Positions 38,757 through 48,007 of a DNA stretch of 64,000 bases are shown piece after piece. Source of the stretch: an uncultured Candidatus Saccharibacteria bacterium (GTDB taxonomy: Bacteria > Patescibacteriota > Dojkabacteria > J137). The notes under the pieces are model-generated. The model saw only the letters and a list, made by a program, of their open reading frames with translations. It was not told the origin of the DNA and made no database searches. Position 1 is the first letter of the stretch. Every line of letters begins with the position of its first letter. The stretch is from the NCBI GenBank assembly GCA_964620955.1, contig CAZUKH010000001.1:190810-254809 (forward strand). The letters run 5' to 3'. The translations under genes were made by a program, and so were the position numbers.

Positions 38757-39389
38757 ATGTATTTTCCTAATGTTCTCCCAAGCTACTCGCATAAGGTACT
38801 TGATTTTATTATGCTAAATGAACATTTTTCAAGCTTTTACCTAGCAGGTGGAACTGCATTGGCTTTACAAATTGGCCACAGAGAATCTATAGATTTAGAT
38901 TTTTTTACTCAAGAAAATTTTAATGCAAACATTATATCTTCTTTTACTAAATTCCCTTTTGTTGCAAATACCTTGCAAAACAATAATATTAGCTTAATTG
39001 CAAACGATACTAAAGTTACCTTTTTATACTGGCCTTTTCCTAAGCTTAAAAATTTAGTTACGATTGGGAATGTGAGGCTTTTAAATCCACAAGATATTGG
39101 GTTATTAAAGCTATTGGCTCTTCAAGGCAGGCATACACGAAAGGACATAATTGACCTGTATTTTATAGATAAAGAGGTAATAACTTTTGAATCACTTTTT
39201 GAATTATTTGAGAAATATTACCCTAAGGAGAGTTTTAATATTTTTGGGAGTGTAAAAGAGTTATTTGATGACTCACTTTTACAAAAGCAACCAATGCCAA
39301 AGATGTTTAAAGAAGTAGAGTTCGAACTGTGTTTAGATTATGTTCAAAAAAAAGTTGCCGCGTGCTTAAAAGGGCTTATTAAATTGTAA
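38757..39389 (+). CDS. nucleotidyltransferase, AbiEii/AbiGii toxin family
   Basis: FYLAGGTALALQIGHRESIDLDFF is the AbiEii family signature. 210 aa. Confidence 0.6.
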   Translation: MYFPNVLPSYSHKVLDFIMLNEHFSSFYLAGGTALALQIGHRESIDLDFFTQENFNANIISSFTKFPFVANTLQNNNISLIANDTKVTFLYWPFPKLKNLVTIGNVRLLNPQDIGLLKLLALQGRHTRKDIIDLYFIDKEVITFESLFELFEKYYPKESFNIFGSVKELFDDSLLQKQPMPKMFKEVEFELCLDYVQKKVAACLKGLIKL

Positions 39390-39433
39390 ATTTCTTTGAC
39401 CAAAGGCAGAGTTTTATTATCAGTTCCTAATAT

Positions 39434-40627
39434 TTATTGCTCGTTATGTTGTTTACTAGTACTTTTAAGTATTTCCTCTAAAAACAAAAGAAGATTAAAT
39501 CCATCTTCTATGCTTCCAATCTCCAAGTCTGAATGTCTTCCTCTCCCATAACGATTTTCAGCGAATGAAACAATATGTGTGTGTGGTACTCCTGCTAAAG
39601 TAAGTAATGTAGCAAAGTTATGCCCAAGTCCTCCTAAGTAACTTTCACCATCGGGATAAAATAGAGTTAGGACATCTGGACCATAAAAGATGGGATTAGG
39701 CAAAGCTTTCAATAGAGAAGTAATTGCTATTGAGTTTGGATCAGAATTGCGATTTGCATTGTATCCATTGTTATAAGTAAACCCACGCGCTCTTGGATTT
39801 GACTTAGAAAGTTCTGCTAAAGCTAGTTGAATTTGCGCACCTTTTAGTGATTGACTTAAAATAATTGAATGATTTGGCTCTCCATCAGCATTGGTATAGT
39901 GTACTTGAGCCTGGTATTGTAACAATATATCTGGAATAATAAGTTCTTGGAGCGGTACTATAGCCCTTATGCAAGGCAGAATACTTGTTGCGATTATTCC
40001 TGATGCGTTCCCTGTTGGTTCTAGGTCTAGCGCTAACAACTGAGCACGGACTTGCCTAGCATATAGTATGCTACCAAGTCCGGCTACCTCTTCATCGGTA
40101 GAAACTATAAAAGTAAAGTCAGTTTGAGAGTTTAAATAAGCAATTTCATGCATAAATAAAATAATTGTTGAAAGTTGCAGTTTCATATCAATTACCCCTC
40201 TAGCAATAATTTGATCTCCATTTGTATAAACTAAATTAGTAGAAAGATTTGAGGTAAAACCTACAGTATCTAAATGTGCATGTATAAGAATATCAGTTTG
40301 ATAGTTGCCGCGGGTAAATTCCTGTGGATTAATATTGTTATGGTCGGTTAATCGACTTCGAATGTTTGAAACTAAATAAAGTGGAGATTGTTTTGGTCCT
40401 TTTTTAGAATAAATAAAATCCCGAGGTATTGAATTTTCAAAAAAAGCTAATGCGTCGGGCCAGTCCTTACCCTGATTTACTCTTGTGTCCATAGAGAGAA
40501 TCAACTTACATGTGTCTAGTAAAAGTTGCCTTTTTAGATCAGGATCATTTATCCATTGTTCTGTATTGGTAAGCCGTAAGACTAATTGGTCAGGGTCAAT
40601 ACTTCGTGGATCGTGTTTTTCGATCAT
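39434..40627 (-). CDS. M20-family metallopeptidase/deacylase-like protein
   Basis: HAHLDTVGF (HxDxV), RGVIDMK (GxxDxK) and STDEEVAG (DEE) metal-ligand motifs. Confidence 0.5.
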   Translation of the reverse strand: MIEKHDPRSIDPDQLVLRLTNTEQWINDPDLKRQLLLDTCKLILSMDTRVNQGKDWPDALAFFENSIPRDFIYSKKGPKQSPLYLVSNIRSRLTDHNNINPQEFTRGNYQTDILIHAHLDTVGFTSNLSTNLVYTNGDQIIARGVIDMKLQLSTIILFMHEIAYLNSQTDFTFIVSTDEEVAGLGSILYARQVRAQLLALDLEPTGNASGIIATSILPCIRAIVPLQELIIPDILLQYQAQVHYTNADGEPNHSIILSQSLKGAQIQLALAELSKSNPRARGFTYNNGYNANRNSDPNSIAITSLLKALPNPIFYGPDVLTLFYPDGESYLGGLGHNFATLLTLAGVPHTHIVSFAENRYGRGRHSDLEIGSIEDGFNLLLFLEEILKSTSKQHNEQ

Positions 40628-40754
40628 AATTATTAAAAACTTTTCGAGTGGATTTTAGCATCATTATTAATTACTTAGAGAAATTTATTAGACTTAAAAA
40701 AAGTTTTTACATTACTAACAAAAAAGCACGGACTTTAGCTCGTGAAATTTTTAT

Positions 40755-41882
40755 TTACTTAGCAAGCTTTTCGTACACAATCAAGTGATCAAACTGGCCA
40801 AACTCACTTAAAAGTCCAGTTTCGTTTTCAATTTTCCACGGATCTCTAATAATATAATCATTTTCAATCTTTTTAGTAACAACCACCCAGTGAGGTATTT
40901 GGGTAAATGATACTGAGTTATAGCCAGCAATTACAGCATTTCCATTACTAAGTTCATAGTCTAATCGTTCAAAACTTTTTTCGTTAAAGTATGCAGATTT
41001 AAGAGTTAAGTCGGTTGCGATGTTCGGTATAATATTCCACCGAACATCGCAACCTTCCAAGTAGCCAAGGTTATCTTTGTTTTTAAGTTGTGTGTTTAGC
41101 TGCAATGGGTCTATTTCGGTTCCATATGAGTTAATCATCATAGATAAAGCAGAAATAGCACAGCCAGCACTACTTATTGTATTGTCTATACATGCTCCAA
41201 GTATTTGGCTACCCCACAAAGGGTTTCGCTGGCTTTGTTGAACAATGTTGTTGAAGTCAGCAGCAGCAGTAGAATAGTCTTTAAGCTTTTCTTTTGCAAT
41301 TTCTTTTGTATTTAGATCTAAAGAGTATATTTCTGGTTTAATTGGTTTGTTATTTTCAAAATATAATTTATTAAAAAAATCCCATTCTAAATATGTTTTT
41401 CCTCCATAGCCTAGTGAAGGATTTAATATGTTGTCTGTTTCATGCTCTTTTTCGGAATAAATTAACTCCTTAATGTTTGACTGTAGGTTATATGTCCAAA
41501 GCTCAAAAGGATATATTTGAATAAATGCAAAAGAATTGCTGTCGGGTGCCCAAACGGGGGAGGTAATATATCTAAGGCTTTCTTCAATTACCCTTGGCTG
41601 AAGGTTAGAACCATTAATGTTTACAGTCCATAAAGTCGTTTTGCGCATACCTAAGTCTGGACTTGTTAAGAAAACATACTTTGTTTTGTCAGGAGAGAGT
41701 ACTACCTGGTTTTCAAAAACTAGTTCTTCACTTGGAATAATTGAATTTAGCTCTGTTATACTTACAAACTTTGTATGTGTATATAATTGGTCGTTATTGT
41801 ATACCCAAAGCCCAATCCCGGCTGCTGTGAGTAGCATAAATACGTAAATCAAATATCTTATCTTCATATTTAATTTTAGCAC
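40755..41882 (-). CDS. secreted protein with PD40/TolB-like beta-propeller repeats and C-terminal C39-like cysteine peptidase domain
   Basis: Signal anchor, WAPDSNSFAF-type PD40 repeats, and GCAISALSMMINSYG matching the C39-like catalytic Cys region. Confidence 0.45.
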   Translation of the reverse strand: MLKLNMKIRYLIYVFMLLTAAGIGLWVYNNDQLYTHTKFVSITELNSIIPSEELVFENQVVLSPDKTKYVFLTSPDLGMRKTTLWTVNINGSNLQPRVIEESLRYITSPVWAPDSNSFAFIQIYPFELWTYNLQSNIKELIYSEKEHETDNILNPSLGYGGKTYLEWDFFNKLYFENNKPIKPEIYSLDLNTKEIAKEKLKDYSTAAADFNNIVQQSQRNPLWGSQILGACIDNTISSAGCAISALSMMINSYGTEIDPLQLNTQLKNKDNLGYLEGCDVRWNIIPNIATDLTLKSAYFNEKSFERLDYELSNGNAVIAGYNSVSFTQIPHWVVVTKKIENDYIIRDPWKIENETGLLSEFGQFDHLIVYEKLAK

Positions 41883-41899
41883 TCATTCTAGTAAAAAAT

Positions 41900-42496
41900 T
41901 TGATGTTAAAATTAGGTATGTATGACACACCGAATGACACAAATGATGATAGTTTTTCATTTACAGTACTTTACGAAAAAAAGGTCACCGATAGAGATGA
42001 GGTTGTTAGCAAACTTAAGAAGCAATTTGGAGAGCAATTAGTATCTCTGGGTAATCAAAGCTTCGAAGAATGGAGAATTAAGGAATTCGGTTTTCTGCGT
42101 TTATTAGGCCAACTTGAACAAGGTTCTTTATCGATTGATAAAATATTCAGTTCTATGAATAGTAATGAGATTGAAGTTTACATGCAAATAAGAATGCAAG
42201 AAGTATTAGGACAGAAAAAACAGGGAGATATTGTTGAATTTACCATTATGGATAAGAGCTTAATTAAAAGCTGGGTAACAAGTCGGCCTTTATCAAAACA
42301 TAACTATACTATTATGGGTGCTAAGGTTTACGCTACTTTGGGAGATGATGGTTTAAAGTATCTTCTAAAACAATCTACTGAAGTCCACTTAAAAAATTGG
42401 CCTCCTGTTTTACGAAAGCTTAGAGCTATGGGGATATACAATACTATTAAGTTTTTATTTGAACGAACCAGTTTTGGAAAGTTTTTCGAATCATAA
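41900..42496 (+). CDS. hypothetical protein
   Basis: 198-aa ORF. No recognisable motif. Confidence 0.35.
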   Translation: MMLKLGMYDTPNDTNDDSFSFTVLYEKKVTDRDEVVSKLKKQFGEQLVSLGNQSFEEWRIKEFGFLRLLGQLEQGSLSIDKIFSSMNSNEIEVYMQIRMQEVLGQKKQGDIVEFTIMDKSLIKSWVTSRPLSKHNYTIMGAKVYATLGDDGLKYLLKQSTEVHLKNWPPVLRKLRAMGIYNTIKFLFERTSFGKFFES

Positions 42497-42563
42497 GACT
42501 TTCTAAGTTACTTTTAATAGCGGCGGATTTAGCATGATATAATTTTGAGTGCTAAAATAGCCT

Positions 42564-43676
42564 ATGTCAAAACGTGATTATTATGAAGTACTTGGAGTTA
42601 GTAAAAGTGCTTCAAAACAAGAAATAAAAAAATCTTATCGAAAACTTGCAAAGGAGTATCATCCTGATCGAAACAAGGCAACAGACGCAGAAGAGAAATT
42701 TCGGGAGGTGCAAGAGGCATACGATGTATTATCTGATGATCAAAAGCGGCAAGCCTATGACCAGTATGGATTTGCTGGGACTCAAGGTTTTGGGGGTGCA
42801 TCTGGAAACTTCGGAGGTTTTGGTGATTTTGGAGATTTATTTGGGGGCATGCAAGGGTCTTCAAGTTTTGGTGGGTTAGGTGATTTACTAGGTAGTTTTT
42901 TTGGCGATAGTTTTGCAGGTTTTTCAAGCTCTTCATCTCGTTCACAAGGTTCTAATGGTTCGGATATTTCTGTTAGCCTCAAATTAAAATTTGAAGAAGC
43001 AGTTTTTGGTGTCGAAAAAAATATTAAATACAGTCGTTTTGATACATGCGAAAGTTGTAAAGGTACTGGGGCAGAAGGGGGTAAAACTAAAACCTGCCCT
43101 ACATGTGAAGGCCGGGGACAGGTTGTAACTACTCAAAGAACAATTCTTGGAACTATGCAAATTGCACAACCATGTCCCACTTGCAGAGGTGCCGGGAGTG
43201 TGGCTGATTCTAGCTGCAAAATTTGTGGTGGTTCTGGACGAGTTAGAAAAGAAGAAGATTTAAAAATAAAAATACCAGCAGGTATTCCTGACGGTGTAAG
43301 TATGAGGTTTCAATCCAAAGGGCATGCTGGTGAAAACGGAGGGCGGGCAGGGGATTTATTTCTTAATGTGGAAGTAGAGCCACACCCACTTCTTGAAAGA
43401 CGAGGTGACGATATTTATATGGATAAGCATATTAGTGTTACGGATGCAGTTTTGGGTTCTGAAGTAAATGTAACTACAGTACATGGCCAGGTAAAAATGA
43501 AAGTCCCTCCTGGCACTCAGTCAGAAAGGGTTATTCGTTTATCCGGAAAGGGTGGTCCACGGTTTCGTAGAGGAAGCAACGGCGATCAGTATGTAAGAAT
43601 TATTGTAGATATTCCGATGAAAGTTGACAGAACGGAACGAATGTTATGGGAACAGTTACGTAAAGTTGCCAGATAG
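42564..43676 (+). CDS. dnaJ: molecular chaperone DnaJ
   Basis: J-domain with HPD (YHPDRNK), a G/F-rich region, four CxxCxGxG zinc-finger repeats and a C-terminal domain. Confidence 0.9.
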   Translation: MSKRDYYEVLGVSKSASKQEIKKSYRKLAKEYHPDRNKATDAEEKFREVQEAYDVLSDDQKRQAYDQYGFAGTQGFGGASGNFGGFGDFGDLFGGMQGSSSFGGLGDLLGSFFGDSFAGFSSSSSRSQGSNGSDISVSLKLKFEEAVFGVEKNIKYSRFDTCESCKGTGAEGGKTKTCPTCEGRGQVVTTQRTILGTMQIAQPCPTCRGAGSVADSSCKICGGSGRVRKEEDLKIKIPAGIPDGVSMRFQSKGHAGENGGRAGDLFLNVEVEPHPLLERRGDDIYMDKHISVTDAVLGSEVNVTTVHGQVKMKVPPGTQSERVIRLSGKGGPRFRRGSNGDQYVRIIVDIPMKVDRTERMLWEQLRKVAR

Positions 43677-43791
43677 TGTTAACTGGCAAGGAAACCTTTG
43701 TGTACAGTAATCTTCCGAAAAAATTTGACAAAACTTAAATTTCAGCCTTATTATAAGTAAGTAAAAGATAGCTAATTTAGACAAACAAACT

Positions 43792-44553
43792 ATGATAGAT
43801 CTTTCTTCAATTTGCGGTTTGCCTATTCAGCTTAATGAAGAGACAGGAGAAATAACAGTAGAAGGTGATTCAAATTTCGAAAAAGAAATCGAAGTAGCTC
43901 TCAATGAAATTATACCGGTTTTACTTAACAAGTTTTTGCGTTACCCCGAAAAAGTTTACAAAATGCACAGCAAAGTATTTAGATCTCAAGGTGCATCGGA
44001 CCTGGAGTACAGTCTCATACAAATTCCTTATGGACTTCTTGGTATTGAGTTTATTAAAACGCATATATTTTACAGCGATTTTGATAGTGAAAAAGTATCT
44101 AGTTTTGTAGAAGTAGTTAGTGGAGAAATAACTCTAATAATTCAACGTAACAAAGAGTCACAAGACGAATATGCCTACACACGTGAGGTCGATAACGTTG
44201 ATATTATTAAGCTTTCCAAAGGGGATAGGATAGCTATTCCTGCAGGAGTGTATTTTACTTTTGTAAATACTGGCTCACAACAGTGCCTCATAGCGGTTGT
44301 TACATCAAGTAAAGTAAGGAAAGTCGATTACTCGAATTTTCAGCGCGAGAGGGGTCTTGCTTACTTTATAATTTCCAAGAATGCGAGACTCGAAATTGTT
44401 GCAAATCCTCGTTACAAAGTGGCTTGTAAGGCTTGTCAAACTCCTTTTAAAAAGCTTAAACAAAAATATACTCACGATTTAATCAAAGAAAAGCAGCCAC
44501 TATATTCTATGTTAAGTTCTAGGCTGGAAGAATTAGTAAATGTTTTTGTTTAA
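43792..44553 (+). CDS. hypothetical protein (possible cupin-like fold)
   Basis: 253 aa. IAIPAGVYFTFVNTG segment is cupin-like. No confident family. Confidence 0.3.
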   Translation: MIDLSSICGLPIQLNEETGEITVEGDSNFEKEIEVALNEIIPVLLNKFLRYPEKVYKMHSKVFRSQGASDLEYSLIQIPYGLLGIEFIKTHIFYSDFDSEKVSSFVEVVSGEITLIIQRNKESQDEYAYTREVDNVDIIKLSKGDRIAIPAGVYFTFVNTGSQQCLIAVVTSSKVRKVDYSNFQRERGLAYFIISKNARLEIVANPRYKVACKACQTPFKKLKQKYTHDLIKEKQPLYSMLSSRLEELVNVFV

Positions 44554-44599
44554 GGTTAGTTTTCTTTGTGATATAGTAACATCCTGCTAAAATAAGGGT

Positions 44600-45319
44600 A
44601 TGAATTTTTCTTTTCGTCTTAACTTATCTTGGTTTGGATTGCTTATTGGAGTTAATGCCCTTGTTTTTGTTCTGTTTACACTTTCTGCCTCAGGAGAAGG
44701 AATATTAAGAAAAGATGCAATAATAGTGTTTGGTGAACTGTTTACTCCTTTTGTTGTCGATGGAATGTTTTGGCTTTTAATTACTTCGACTTTTCTGCAC
44801 TACGATCCGCTACACTTTTTATTAAATATGGTTGCCTTGTGGCAAATTGGGAAGATAGTAGAAATATTGTATAGTGGTAAAAAACTATTTACAACATATA
44901 TTTTAAGTGGGGTTGGTGGTAGCGTTGCAACGTTACTGTTGTCAGTTTTTAATGCATATCCAATTGCCTCTGTTGGGGCATCGGGGGCAATATTTGGTTT
45001 ACTAGGATTGTTTATAGGAGGAATGTTAAGAAAAAATAGATATGGAATAGATTTACCAATAACGAAAGAGTCTTTGTATCCTACTATTGTTCTTGCTATA
45101 GCTATGAGCTTTTTACCAAATATAAACTGGGTTGCCCATGTTGGAGGGCTTGGAGTTGGGGTCGTTTTAGGTCTAATATTTGAAAATTCTTTAACACCTT
45201 CGCAGTCACCTAGAGATGCTTTTATTGAAAAGCTTTTAATCAGCCTGTCTTTAACAATACTTGTTTTTAGTTATTTGCTTTTAATTGGCAATCTTTTTTT
45301 TAATTTTTTTAATATATGA
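44600..45319 (+). CDS. rhomboid family intramembrane serine protease
   Basis: Six TM helices, catalytic GASGAIFGLLG (GxSG) and a downstream AHVGGLGVG His. Confidence 0.7.
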   Translation: MNFSFRLNLSWFGLLIGVNALVFVLFTLSASGEGILRKDAIIVFGELFTPFVVDGMFWLLITSTFLHYDPLHFLLNMVALWQIGKIVEILYSGKKLFTTYILSGVGGSVATLLLSVFNAYPIASVGASGAIFGLLGLFIGGMLRKNRYGIDLPITKESLYPTIVLAIAMSFLPNINWVAHVGGLGVGVVLGLIFENSLTPSQSPRDAFIEKLLISLSLTILVFSYLLLIGNLFFNFFNI

Positions 45320-45867
45320 ATATCTTATTAATTGGTCCATCAGGAAGCGGTAAGGATACACAGGCAGATTTTCTTGTTAAAGAAAATAACTTTTATAACC
45401 TGTCAACAGGAGAGTTGTTTAGAGAAGTTAGTAACCAAAATACACCTGAAGCTTTAGAGATAAAGAAGCACATACAGCAGGGTTTGTGGGTTCCAGATCA
45501 TCTTGTTTTTAAATTGCTTGAACAAAAACTTAAAAAACTTTCATATGAGAATATAATATTTAATGGGGCAATTAGAAAAACAACTCAAATACAGTTAATG
45601 GATAATTTACTTAATAAACTTGGAAAAAAGCTAGATGCTGTTGTTTATTTGGATTTGTCGGAGGAATCAGCAATCAAAAGGCTAATGCTTAGAGGCAGAG
45701 AAGATGACAAGCCAGAAATAATTAAAAATAGGCTAAATGAGTTTAAGACAAGTGTAGCTGAAATACTTGCTGTGTACGAAAGTAGAGGTATACTACACAG
45801 AGTAGATGCTTCGCCTTCTATCGAAGAAATAAGATTAAAAATTAAGCAGGCACTCAATTTATTATAA
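45316..45867 (+). CDS. adk: adenylate kinase (short form)
   Basis: P-loop GPSGSGKDTQA, NMP-binding region and 183 aa length. Overlaps the upstream stop by 4 nt. Confidence 0.7.
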   Translation: MNILLIGPSGSGKDTQADFLVKENNFYNLSTGELFREVSNQNTPEALEIKKHIQQGLWVPDHLVFKLLEQKLKKLSYENIIFNGAIRKTTQIQLMDNLLNKLGKKLDAVVYLDLSEESAIKRLMLRGREDDKPEIIKNRLNEFKTSVAEILAVYESRGILHRVDASPSIEEIRLKIKQALNLL

Positions 45868-45932
45868 ACTGATTGTAAAATCATTGACTTTAGTCCCACC
45901 TGCCAGGCGACAGACAGGGGAATTTTATAAAT

Positions 45933-47288
45933 ATGAATAAAGAAAACGTAAGAGGGATTTTTCCCGAAAGTATAAAGAGGAATCTAAGAATTTTGCGATC
46001 ATTAGTAGGCATGGTTTATTACCGTTTTCCTGCTCGGAGTCTTAAACTTATAGGAGTAACAGGAACATCAGGAAAATCTACAACTGCCAATATGATCTAT
46101 CATATTTTAGAGCAAAGTGGTTTTAGTGTTGGTGTAATTTCAACAATTAACGCAAAAGCAGGGAGAAAATCTTTAGATACAGGGTTTCATGTTACAACTC
46201 CAGAACCAATACAATTTCAAAAGCTTTTAAGGTTTATGGCAAAAAGAAAAGTCGAGTACGTTGTTGTTGAGGCTTCTTCTCATGCACTTGCCCAGGGAAG
46301 ACTAGGAATAACCAAGTTTGAGTATTCGGTGTTTACTAATATTAAAAGAGATCATCTCGACTGGCATAAAACATGGGAAAACTATGCAGCATCCAAGGCA
46401 ATATTGGCTAATAAAACACGTAAGAAAATACTAGTAAATCGCGATGATAAAGATATGTATAACTTTTTATCAAACTTTCTTGGTGAAAGAACGGAAAGAG
46501 ATGTAATTACCTACTCAATGAAAGAGCCTACTAATACAGAAGAAACTGCTGTAGGTACAAAGTTTGTATTAAATGGGGTAGAGTACCAGTTACCTGTTTT
46601 AGGAATTTATAATGTTGAAAATGCTCTTGCCGCGATTAATATTTGTAAACTGCTAGGACTTTCGGATATTACTATCGCAGCGTCGCTCAAGTCATTTATA
46701 GGGTTGGAAGGGAGAATGCAGGTAATGCAGGCCAGACCTTTTCTTGTAATTGTAGATTTTGCCCACAATACAGATTCATTAATAAAATCTTTACTTACTG
46801 CTCAAAAGCTTAAATCAATTGGAGGAAAAGTTATTGTTGTTTTTGGATCTGCGGGCTTACGAGATAAGGAAAAAAGGTTTACAATGGGTGAGGCAGCAGC
46901 TCAGTACGCCGATGTTGTAGTTATAACAGCCGAAGACCCAAGAACAGAAAGTTTATTTGATATTAATAATGAAATAATTCAGGGAGCTGTAAAAGGAGGG
47001 GGTAAGCTTGAAAAAAGGTTTGCAAATTCTTCTGAATTTAATATTTTTGATGCGGAGCATTTAGTTTTAGAAAAAGGAATGATTTTTGCATTTGATGAAG
47101 AAAATGTAAACAGCAGGTATGATGCAATAGAATTTGCAGTAAGAGCTGCAAAAGAAGGAGATGTTGTTATTACCGAGGGTAAAGGTCATGAAAAAAGTTT
47201 GTGCTTTGGTACAACCGAGTACGATTTTACAGATCAAAAAGCTGTAGAAAGAGCTATTCATGGAGAAAATATAAATTTTTCTGACTAA
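45933..47288 (+). CDS. Mur ligase family protein (MurE-like UDP-MurNAc-tripeptide synthetase)
   Basis: P-loop GVTGTSGKSTT, Mur ligase middle domain and C-terminal domain. Substrate specificity not determinable. Confidence 0.55.
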   Translation: MNKENVRGIFPESIKRNLRILRSLVGMVYYRFPARSLKLIGVTGTSGKSTTANMIYHILEQSGFSVGVISTINAKAGRKSLDTGFHVTTPEPIQFQKLLRFMAKRKVEYVVVEASSHALAQGRLGITKFEYSVFTNIKRDHLDWHKTWENYAASKAILANKTRKKILVNRDDKDMYNFLSNFLGERTERDVITYSMKEPTNTEETAVGTKFVLNGVEYQLPVLGIYNVENALAAINICKLLGLSDITIAASLKSFIGLEGRMQVMQARPFLVIVDFAHNTDSLIKSLLTAQKLKSIGGKVIVVFGSAGLRDKEKRFTMGEAAAQYADVVVITAEDPRTESLFDINNEIIQGAVKGGGKLEKRFANSSEFNIFDAEHLVLEKGMIFAFDEENVNSRYDAIEFAVRAAKEGDVVITEGKGHEKSLCFGTTEYDFTDQKAVERAIHGENINFSD

Positions 47289-47316
47289 TATAAGAGAAGT
47301 TTGGAGTAATTTTAAT

Positions 47317-47805
47317 ATGAAAGTTGAGCCAACATGCATACATACAGCTACGGCAGCGCTCGAACTATTAACTATTCTTTCTTCAAAAGAACCAAACTAC
47401 CTTGCACAAAGAGAATTATTACATTTCGAAACAGGTATTGGCTTCCCAATTTGGAAAGATGATGTTTTAGCAGCATATTCTCACTTACTTCCTTACTGTA
47501 CAGATAACCAAGGGAATATAACAAACTCCGGGTGTAATATGATTGTTGAACTTTGTAGTGTTATGGTTCACCCTAATTTCCAAGGACAAGGACTAGGTAA
47601 AGAAGTAGTGGCTAAAGCTCTAGAAAAAGTCCCTCAATTCATTAATAAAGGATACCTGGCTATAGCAGTTGTACACATAAGCAACTTACCTTCAAAACAT
47701 ATATTTCAAAGTCTCGGATTTACCCAACAGCCTCTTCAACCGCAAGTTCCAAGTTTTCTTAAGGCAGGAGCAGATCAAAAAGTTATGTATGTGCTAAATG
47801 CCTAG
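47317..47805 (+). CDS. GNAT family N-acetyltransferase
   Basis: Acetyl-CoA binding motif VHPNFQGQGLGKEVV. Confidence 0.7.
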   Translation: MKVEPTCIHTATAALELLTILSSKEPNYLAQRELLHFETGIGFPIWKDDVLAAYSHLLPYCTDNQGNITNSGCNMIVELCSVMVHPNFQGQGLGKEVVAKALEKVPQFINKGYLAIAVVHISNLPSKHIFQSLGFTQQPLQPQVPSFLKAGADQKVMYVLNA

Positions 47806-47890
47806 CTTTTATACTGTGTGGCAGGTAAAATTTTGTATTTGTTTTGGGGTATAATTGTATATGAATAAACATATTCGAGTGTCAGAAATT

Positions 47891-48007
47891 ATGAAAAAAG
47901 ATAATCTTGTCTATGTTGACTATCTGTTAGAGTCAATAGAATTAATATTGGATTACCATAGGGAATACGATAAACTCCACAAGCTTATTGAACACAAGGC
48001 CGCATGA
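47891..48007 (+). pseudogene. HepT/DUF86 (HEPN toxin)-like N-terminal fragment
   Basis: 38 codons (MKKDNLVYVDYLLESIELILDYHREY...) resembling the N-terminus of DUF86 proteins, but truncated. Its stop overlaps the argS start. Confidence 0.25.

Noticed and set aside
43640-43700. Inverted repeat TTGCCAG...CTGGCAA at the dnaJ stop, considered as a rho-independent terminator.
   Set aside because: The stem overlaps the coding end and is not followed by a T-tract, so it is not supported as an intrinsic terminator.
43792-44553. Possible cupin-type phosphoglucose isomerase assignment for the 253-aa protein.
   Set aside because: Only a vague cupin-like beta-strand segment is visible. The His-rich metal-binding motifs expected for cPGI are not evident, so it is left as hypothetical.
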